From NCBI GenBank assembly GCA_963701095.1, contig OY969564.1, positions 2,561,687 to 2,625,686 on the forward strand: a stretch of 64,000 bases of DNA, given 5' to 3'. The position numbers were made by a program, and so were the translations under genes. Positions 57,378 to 64,000 of this stretch are shown in pieces. Source of the stretch: an uncultured Methanoregulaceae archaeon. Its GTDB lineage: Archaea > Halobacteriota > Methanomicrobia > Methanomicrobiales > Methanospirillaceae. The stretch's first letter is position 1, and every line of letters begins with the position of its first letter. The notes under the pieces were generated by a model that searched no databases, was not told the DNA's origin, and saw only the letters and a list, made by a program, of their open reading frames with translations.

Positions 57378-57758
57378 TTACAGCAATTCTGCAATTAAGG
57401 TAATTACATACGATGAATTCTGGCTTTTCGTTTGCCGAATTGCAGTTGAAACACCTCGAACATAATCGTTATAGAGTGGGGCAAGTATCTCAAATTCCGC
57501 TTGGCGAAGGGGACGGAACATTGTAACCTCTGAATTATTTCCGGGATCTTCTGCCTTCTGGATCATTACAAGATCCCCATATGCTATCGCATGAAACCAT
57601 TTTTCAGGAACATTCCTTCTGGGATGCATTGAAACTGTATGGAAATCTCTTCCCGTGTTGTGAAGGCTATTGCAAATTTGTTTCCACGCTGAGATGTAGT
57701 CGCCATCAGCTAAAACTTTCTTTACCGTCAATACTTTGAAATCATAATTTCCGGTCAT
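57378..57758 (-). CDS. Hypothetical protein
   Basis: Clean AT-rich ORF in tandem with 57786-58118. Confidence 0.65.
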   Translation of the reverse strand: MTGNYDFKVLTVKKVLADGDYISAWKQICNSLHNTGRDFHTVSMHPRRNVPEKWFHAIAYGDLVMIQKAEDPGNNSEVTMFRPLRQAEFEILAPLYNDYVRGVSTAIRQTKSQNSSYVITLIAELL

Positions 57759-57785
57759 ACAAATTCCTTCGTCTCTGTTTACGTT

Positions 57786-58118
57786 TTATTTGAATTCGAT
57801 TGTTGCTGGCCTGCATCCTTTTATTGCATAGCCCTCTTCAATGAGAATTGCACCAACATAAGACGCAGTTGCTGTAGGTGTGACATTCTTTTGTAACCAG
57901 TCTCCCACACTCCCTAAAGGAGCTCTATCTCGTGATGTTCCAATATTCACTGTCTTTCCTTTAAAATTCTGCAATATTGCAGAATACTGGCTGGCGGAAA
58001 TTCGGATTGAGAAACCAGATCCATAATAAATTGTCGTTCCGGATTCGATAGATCCATCGTATTTGAATTCACTTCGGCCTGCCCAGGTTGGTAAGGTTTT
58101 CATTTCAAAATCCTCCAT
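57786..58118 (-). CDS. Hypothetical protein
   Basis: GAGGAG RBS; GTSRD..P.GS.G.WL, ASYVGAILI.EGY. Confidence 0.7.
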   Translation of the reverse strand: MEDFEMKTLPTWAGRSEFKYDGSIESGTTIYYGSGFSIRISASQYSAILQNFKGKTVNIGTSRDRAPLGSVGDWLQKNVTPTATASYVGAILIEEGYAIKGCRPATIEFK

Positions 58119-58153
58119 TATCTCCTCATCAATTTGTTCTCTTCACCACTTTT

Positions 58154-59288
58154 TTATCGTGAACCTTTTGTAAATATTATGAAGACAAAAAAAACAGAAA
58201 CCAATTCAAAGACTCCTAACGGCAATGCTGACTTTTTCGGGAGGGTCCCACTAAGCGCCTCCTGTGCATACTGTTTTCCAATTTGTGCCGTCTTATCATT
58301 GGGATCAATCGCCAGTGCAGCGCTGAATGCTTTAAAGGCACCTGAATAATCTGTTGCGTTGTAACGTTCTACACCAATTTCGTCCCACTCTTTGGCAGAT
58401 TGCATTTGAGATGGGGAGCTTGTAGGGTTAATTTGAACAAATGATTGAATGGTATTTGTAGGAATTACCGTTTCTAAAGAAGCAACGGGGGTAATAGACT
58501 TGTGTTTTGGTTTTTTTTATTGAGATATTTTCCAGCGAAATAACCGCAGTTGTAGGAATTGTTATGATAGAGGGAATGGTTGTTGGAACTGTCGTTGCTA
58601 TTGTTGTTACCGTAATCGGGGCAATCGTTGTTGAAGATATTGTGGGATATTCTGTAGTCATTGTCGGTGATACAATCGATTGTGTTGGAGTTATTGTCCC
58701 CGTATAAGGAAGAGCAACATTAATTATACGATAATCTTGTTTAACCGCCCCTGTACCATGACCCGAAATCTGAAGATAAACCCCATATTCACCAGGGGTG
58801 GTTAGTACGAAAGTCGGATTTTGCTCATAAGAGGGTGGTGGATCTCCCGGACCCCCCTTTTGAATTTGCCACTCCCACCAAGTTGGGTTTCCTGTTGAAG
58901 TATCAGTTAAATGTACGGTCAATGGTGCAATTCCGGATGAAGGAGTTACTGAATAACTCGCTTGCATCATTGGATATACATAAACTGTTTCGGAAGAGGT
59001 TGTAACGTAATTTCCATCCGTTCCGACATCTAACGTTACTGCATACGTCCCGATAGAATTATAGATATGCGTTGGATTTTGGACATTGGACGTACTACCA
59101 TCGCCAAAATTCCATTGCCAACAATTCGGATTTCCGGATGAAGTATCCGTGAAATGTTCTGTGAGGGGTACAAAACCACCGGCTAAATTCATATTGAAAC
59201 TTGAAATTGGTGTTGCTCCAGCAATTTGAACGCATAACGTTATGACTAAAAAGAAAAAAATAATAATGAGAGTTCTCCTTTTATCCAT
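58154..59288 (-). CDS. Secreted PKD x2 plus Thr-rich stalk plus TPR-like segment plus C-terminal KS-TM anchor, indel near 58450-58500
   Basis: W.WNFGDG.TS..QNP; ORF 58154-58405 supplies A..AF..AL.IDPND..A and KKSALPLG-TM. Confidence 0.8.
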
Positions 59289-59411
59289 AGTAACTCTATA
59301 GATAAATTATAAAATAAATATATCGTTTTGCTGCTGCTATCCAGGACATGCTGGTGACGCTCGATCATGATCGTCTCCACGGTCTCACGCCCGGTCCTCA
59401 AATCACCTCAT

Positions 59412-59650
59412 TGTTTTTCCGGAGTTCCATCATAGGACAAGACTCCACTGGCTCATCGCTTCGCTCCATTTCCAGCGGCTGCTTCGGCCCGCTCCTCGCA
59501 TACCGCTTCGCGGAATGTTCGTCGCTGTTCGTAGTACTCATGCGGTACGCTCAGTGACATGTTCACCCCGACCTAGCGCTGATGCACTCGCCCGGTGCGA
59601 ACAAAGGGCCGCTGCGGCCTGACAAACCCCTCATCGTCTCCGGAAAAACA
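59412..59650. other. ~240-bp structured element closed by a perfect 13-bp inverted repeat (MITE-like or ncRNA)
   Basis: TGTTTTTCCGGAG (59412-59424) and CTCCGGAAAAACA (59638-59650); internal hairpins CCGCTTCGCGG and GGCCGCTGCGGCC. Confidence 0.65.
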
Positions 59651-59806
59651 GACGAAATTATTCAAGTGAGTGAAATTTTTTTTCAATTTTGAACGATACT
59701 AAATTTGATAATCTCACAGGATAATGATATGATATGCCCGAGCTTATCAAGCGGAAATGCCATAACCCGGACGCATCCTTGGACGAGCAGGATTTAAAAG
59801 ACATAG

Positions 59807-59947
59807 CCGAAGCCCCCCACCACCACGACTCAAAAGGTTTTCACGCCAATTCCAACCGTTACACCGACCCAAAAGTCTCCTCTCGGAATAGAGTTTAGTA
59901 TTTTGGCGATTTGCATAGGGATTCTGATAATACAGAGAAAATCTTAA
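59807..59947 (+). pseudogene. Orphan 3' end of a PKD surface-protein gene (stalk plus anchor)
   Basis: PKPPTTTTQKVFTPIPTVTPTQKSPLGIEFSILAICIGILIIQRKS matches the end of 52789-54018; preceded by an in-frame TAG. Confidence 0.85.
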
Positions 59948-60037
59948 TTTTTCGTCCGTTGAGGTCATTCTCTGAATTTAACGAGAATTGAATAAAAACC
60001 TTAATCTCTCTCTGTAACCGATTTTCCATGTGGTACG

Positions 60038-61546
60038 ATGGTAAAAATCTGTCAAGCCTGTGGGACTCAAGTTATTGATGATCAATCAAGATTCTGTACG
60101 AAATGCGGTACACAATTCTCTTCAACCAATTTCAAACAAAATCCAAATGGCAGATCATTCATCTATTCGAAAAAATTTTATGTAGTTCTTGGAGTTGATG
60201 TTCTCCTTAGTTTTTTTATCACCATTGGTGGAACTGGAAGTTATTTTGATATAACAAATCAAGGATATCACAATCCAACATTTCTCTTCTTGGTTCCAAT
60301 TTCTCTTGTAAACCTCATTCTTGATGGTATCATACTATCTAACAAAAGAAAGAATCCTAATTTAATCGATATCAGGCTGTGCTGGTTAAAATGTTTGTTT
60401 GGATGTCTAGGAATTTTCACTATTCTCTCGTTCCTATACTTTGGAATTATAGGTTTTGCGATGAGGAACGATAACAAAATAAAGATCGATAAAAAAATGG
60501 GAAATACTCTCATGAAATCACCCGTAGATACTTCCTGTAGTGAAGTTCTCAACCAAAATTCTCCTTACTCTACTGAGTGCAAAACAATATACCCCATAAA
60601 CGAAGAGGAAAAGAAACGGAAAGAAGACGAATCACGAATAGATGAAATAATACGAAGAAACGAAGAGGAAACAGTCCTAAGGAAAAAGGATGAGATTAAA
60701 TCACAAATCGAAGCGGCTAAAGAAAATATCGCAAAAATCGAAGAGTCAGGAAATATTCGTTTAATATCCAATTTTATTAAACAATATCCAAATTCTAACG
60801 TCTCCGATCAAAATTTCTTCAATTTAAAATCAGTATTGGCAAAAAAGGGCATTATACTAACGGATCTTGAATTAACTGCTGTAATAAATGGGGTTAGGAC
60901 AGAGGGCGAATTAGAATGGTTAAAGGGAAGAATTCTTTATAATAACCCCTCATCATCAGACGAATGTATCAAAAACTACATCGAAATTTTTGGAAAAGTC
61001 AACAAAAACGTCCAAAAAGAACGACTAATAGACTACCTCATCAAAATATTGAAAGACACCTATAATTATCAAGGAAATTTGGATTCTGACCTTATCCGAA
61101 TTGAGAAACAGGTGGAACTTGATAGATTTGAGAACAGTTTGACGGGTCAGGCATCCGGAACCCGGATTACAATAAATGATATTGATAGAATGAACGGGTA
61201 TGCCTTTGAATTTGTATTAAAGGAGTTATTCAAAAAAATGGGATATCGCGTGATTCATACAACTCTTTCTAATGATCAAGGGGCCGATTTGATTATTGAA
61301 AAGTTTAATGTGAAAACGGTCATTCAAGCCAAGAATTGGCAGAATAACGTCACCAATTCCGGAATTCAAGAAGTGGTTGCGGCAATAAAACACTATGATG
61401 CGCAAAAATCTATGGTTATTTCAAGCAGCGGGTTCACTCAAAGTGCTCGTGAATTAGCTCGATCAAATGATGTTACACTATGGGATAGATCGATTTTAGC
61501 TGCTATGCTCGATGAAAATCCTATTTTTCGTAACGAAAAATTGTAA
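60038..61546 (+). CDS. Zinc-ribbon plus TM plus coiled-coil plus Mrr-type restriction endonuclease
   Basis: CQACG..FCTKCG; hydrophobic helices; FE....LF...GY, DQGADL, VIQAK, V....IQE, S.FT..A...A, LWDR. Confidence 0.9.
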   Translation: MVKICQACGTQVIDDQSRFCTKCGTQFSSTNFKQNPNGRSFIYSKKFYVVLGVDVLLSFFITIGGTGSYFDITNQGYHNPTFLFLVPISLVNLILDGIILSNKRKNPNLIDIRLCWLKCLFGCLGIFTILSFLYFGIIGFAMRNDNKIKIDKKMGNTLMKSPVDTSCSEVLNQNSPYSTECKTIYPINEEEKKRKEDESRIDEIIRRNEEETVLRKKDEIKSQIEAAKENIAKIEESGNIRLISNFIKQYPNSNVSDQNFFNLKSVLAKKGIILTDLELTAVINGVRTEGELEWLKGRILYNNPSSSDECIKNYIEIFGKVNKNVQKERLIDYLIKILKDTYNYQGNLDSDLIRIEKQVELDRFENSLTGQASGTRITINDIDRMNGYAFEFVLKELFKKMGYRVIHTTLSNDQGADLIIEKFNVKTVIQAKNWQNNVTNSGIQEVVAAIKHYDAQKSMVISSSGFTQSARELARSNDVTLWDRSILAAMLDENPIFRNEKL

Positions 61547-61679
61547 TTTGGCTAAACAATCTGCTCAAGCATTTTCAGAAGTGACCCTATTAAAAAAACG
61601 TACCTGAAAACGTACCTTTATTGGCTCTCGGAGTGAAACGCCACCATAACGATGATATGAGGCTTACAAGGGGGAACCA

Positions 61680-61916
61680 ATGAGTCTATTATCGTTTTGC
61701 GGGAAATTTGCCGTTTGGATATCCGTAGCGATCGTACTGGTATTTATCGCTCTGATTGCCTTGGCGGTCTTCTGTGTGGGCCTCGGGGCCGTTTCGTCAG
61801 TAACAAACCCTCATGTAGCGCAGGACACCCAGCAAGAGTACCAACAATTACAGGAGAATATCAGCCACGCGCAGGTCGGGATCTCCGGTGCAGTCCAGAA
61901 TATTACCGGCGGTTGA
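61680..61916 (+). CDS. Small membrane-anchored protein (copy 2)
   Basis: GGGGGA RBS and ATG; C-terminus identical to 54548-54793. Confidence 0.7.
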   Translation: MSLLSFCGKFAVWISVAIVLVFIALIALAVFCVGLGAVSSVTNPHVAQDTQQEYQQLQENISHAQVGISGAVQNITGG

Positions 61917-62144
61917 CATCCTAAAACCCCATTTTTCTCAGATTTTTATCGAAGCGGGTAGGCCTCCAAAAAGGTGAAAATTCCCGGATTTTTATCTGGC
62001 CTCCCTGGCAGTATACGAAAATCGATTTTTGTTTGTGAATCTAGATTATACGGGCTCCGTTTGGCAAATTCTCTATGATATTGGCGTTATTGTTGCTCCA
62101 TCGGGGTGATGGTGTGAAGGTAGGTATGCGAGGGCCGGGTCACG
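61694..62144 (+). repeat. ~450-bp direct repeat, copy 2
   Basis: See 54570-55019. Confidence 0.95.
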
Positions 62145-62665
62145 CATAGGAGCCCCCTGCTGCATGTGCATGGTTGGGAGATCACGGCCCTGGTTGTAGG
62201 CAGAGGAATCATGTCATGCTACATGATATAAGGTTTTTGAGAACGGTTTATATGCGATTTTTCCGTTTTTACCCTAACCAAAACCGGTCGTTTTTGGTAA
62301 AATATCGGGGGAGCGGAGGCCGTAGCGGGGGCCGGTGCACCCTGCCGGGATCGCCCCCCGGGAACGGCACGCATACCATTTTCAGAATGTGCTTGAAAAA
62401 ACATTGATGGTTATTGGTAGAGGAGGGTCCGGGTCATCGCGTCTGTTGGAGTATTCGGTTATCGGGGTATTCCCGGTATGTTGTATAAGGGTGTTTCTAT
62501 GCCGGGGGAGGGGTTTTTTCTTACCTTCGGTGCTCTCCTCGTAGTAAGGAACAGGGTGTTGGTCTTGCTGTCGGAGTTACCCTCGATGTAAGGATCTAGG
62601 GGGGGGTTCTGGGGTTTGAATGATAAAGTTGGATGAAAGTCTTCAATTTGGGGTTATTTCTACCA

Positions 62666-62892
62666 TTATCATACCATTATCAGCCTTTTATCAAATATCT
62701 ATCAGACGTTATTATCATCTATTATCATCTTTATCATCATATAGGTGTGATTCTGTGATAATGCAAGTACCCGCATGCATGTGACAAGGGCCCTGTTTTG
62801 TTGTGCGCGTGCATGGTTTTGTGATAATGGTGATAATCGTGATATTCACGTCGGAGAGGGTTTGATAAAAGGGTGATAAAAGGGTGTGATAA
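62666..62892. repeat. Bidirectional TTATCA/TGATAA iteron array (putative replication origin)
   Basis: TTATCA at 62666, 62677, 62688, (CTATCA 62699), 62712, 62722, 62731; TGATAA at 62756, 62822, 62831, (TGATAT 62840), 62863, 62874, 62887. Confidence 0.8.
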
Positions 62893-62904
62893 TAGGCCCC
62901 GCGC

Positions 62905-64000
62905 CTATTTTCTGGCTTCCTTCAGTTTGAAGATGTGCACATTGTTTTGAGTCTCGGATCGCTCTTCATAGTGGATAAGACGGGGTTCCTTTTCCATTAA
63001 TCCGCCGGTAGGGTTTTGGAAATTCCCCTTTGTCCCCCTCAAAGCGCGGTAAACTTCCAAAATGGTCATCCCTGTTGCGTCGACTATTTCAGATACGGTC
63101 ATAGGCTTTTCTGACAGGCACTGCCGCACAACTGACTCCTTCCTGGTGAATGCGGCGGTCGTACTGTTGATCATCGGCTTTGAGTACGTCAGGAACTGGT
63201 CGATGGCGATAAAATCGGCGTCTGTGGTGGTGGTCCGATTACACAGGATCGCGTGGGCCTGAACAAGTGACAAATACCTTGTAAACTCCCTCATGGTGAT
63301 GTCGAGGTCGACCTTTTTGTGCAGGGTCACGTTTTGGGAGGCGATCAGATCCCACACGGCATATACGATCTCAAGCTCCCCCCGATATCCGGGTAAGCTC
63401 TTGGATAAATGCGCGGATCTTCGCAAGCGTTTCGGGGGTGCGCCGAACCTCCAAGGTTAAGAACCTGGATTCGTCCTGCCCTTCGTCGCTCTCTTTAACC
63501 ACTGACTCAATAGAGGTGAGGATCAGGCTTACCCGGGGCGGGATGTGCAGATCGATGGGACCGTGATTTTCAACGGTTCCCCGGTCCACGCCAGAAAACC
63601 ATGAGGTCAGCATGTTTCGGTATATCGACGCGGTCTCTTCATTAAAAACTGTGTCGTCCGAAAAAATCAGCATGTTTGCGTGTATGCCCCCATTCTTGGC
63701 GCCGTGGAAGAGGTACATCCGCGAAAAGGTCTTGGTCGATCGGTCACGGGGGGAGACGAATAAGAGGGATTTTTTTACGCCGTCGCTTTTACCGCTCTGC
63801 GTCGACCCGTTTACGAGAATGTGCAGCCCATCATGGGCGTTCAAGACGCGGATGTTAGCGGCGGCAAGGAGGATCCCCATGAGAACGTGAATGTCTCTGT
63901 ACCAGACTTTCCCGAAATTGACTTTGCAATATTCCAAGAACTTTCCGCTCTCGTAGATCTTTCGGGCGGCTTCTACAACCTCCGGTGCCGGTGCTTGCGT
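62905..64000 (-). CDS. Mobile-element AAA+ ATPase/helicase-like replication protein with C-terminal wHTH (5' end outside window; indel near 63380)
   Basis: Walker A GSTQSGKS, Walker B LIFSDD, sensor-like ILTS, Arg-finger-like ESRF; C-terminal MTVSEIVDATGM....VYRAL. Confidence 0.75.

Larger units (their letters stand above)
52300..64000. mobile_element. Composite integrated element/genomic island (left boundary approximate, continues past window end)
   Basis: Recombinase, methylase, Mrr nuclease, helicase-like gene with iterons, internal duplications, gene fragments, alternating GC-rich and AT-rich blocks. Confidence 0.8.

Noticed and set aside
62666..62892. CRISPR-like array
   Set aside because: Repeat units are 6 bp with 3-7 bp gaps and occur in two orientations; incompatible with CRISPR

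Overview
Archaeal chromosomal window whose gene content points to a Methanomicrobiales methanogen, probably Methanoregula-like. Positions 1-52.1 kb are mostly core genome: the archaeal CoA pathway (coaBC, pantoate kinase, phosphopantothenate synthetase), RFC small subunit, a DUF2178/XRE/ABC module, nikR with a split nik ECF transporter, cbiMNQO, the major PGF-CTERM S-layer glycoprotein, gyrBA, an RLAN/ATP-grasp/YkgJ/GCS2 amidoligase operon, phoU, cheC and archaemetzincin. From about 52.3 kb to the end is an accessory island derived from mobile elements. It holds PKD surface proteins, a truncated serine recombinase, a phage-type adenine methylase, a membrane-anchored Mrr-type nuclease, and an AAA+ helicase-like gene followed by a bidirectional iteron array. 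About a dozen genes, including gyrB, are split by single indels, most likely from sequencing or assembly error. The most interesting observations are: (i) a duplicated island module with fixed flanks and a swapped zinc-ribbon/membrane cargo gene (TM2 versus Mrr); (ii) a 107-aa protein with three AT-hooks, resembling HMGA; (iii) a stand-alone RuvC-only TnpB derivative with intact catalytic residues and no visible IS ends; (iv) an iteron-type origin; (v) two hairpin-rich non-coding elements bracketing a cargo block; and (vi) a dispersed ~230-bp intergenic repeat. No tRNA, rRNA or CRISPR array was recognised. All family calls come from motif recognition by eye, not database searches.
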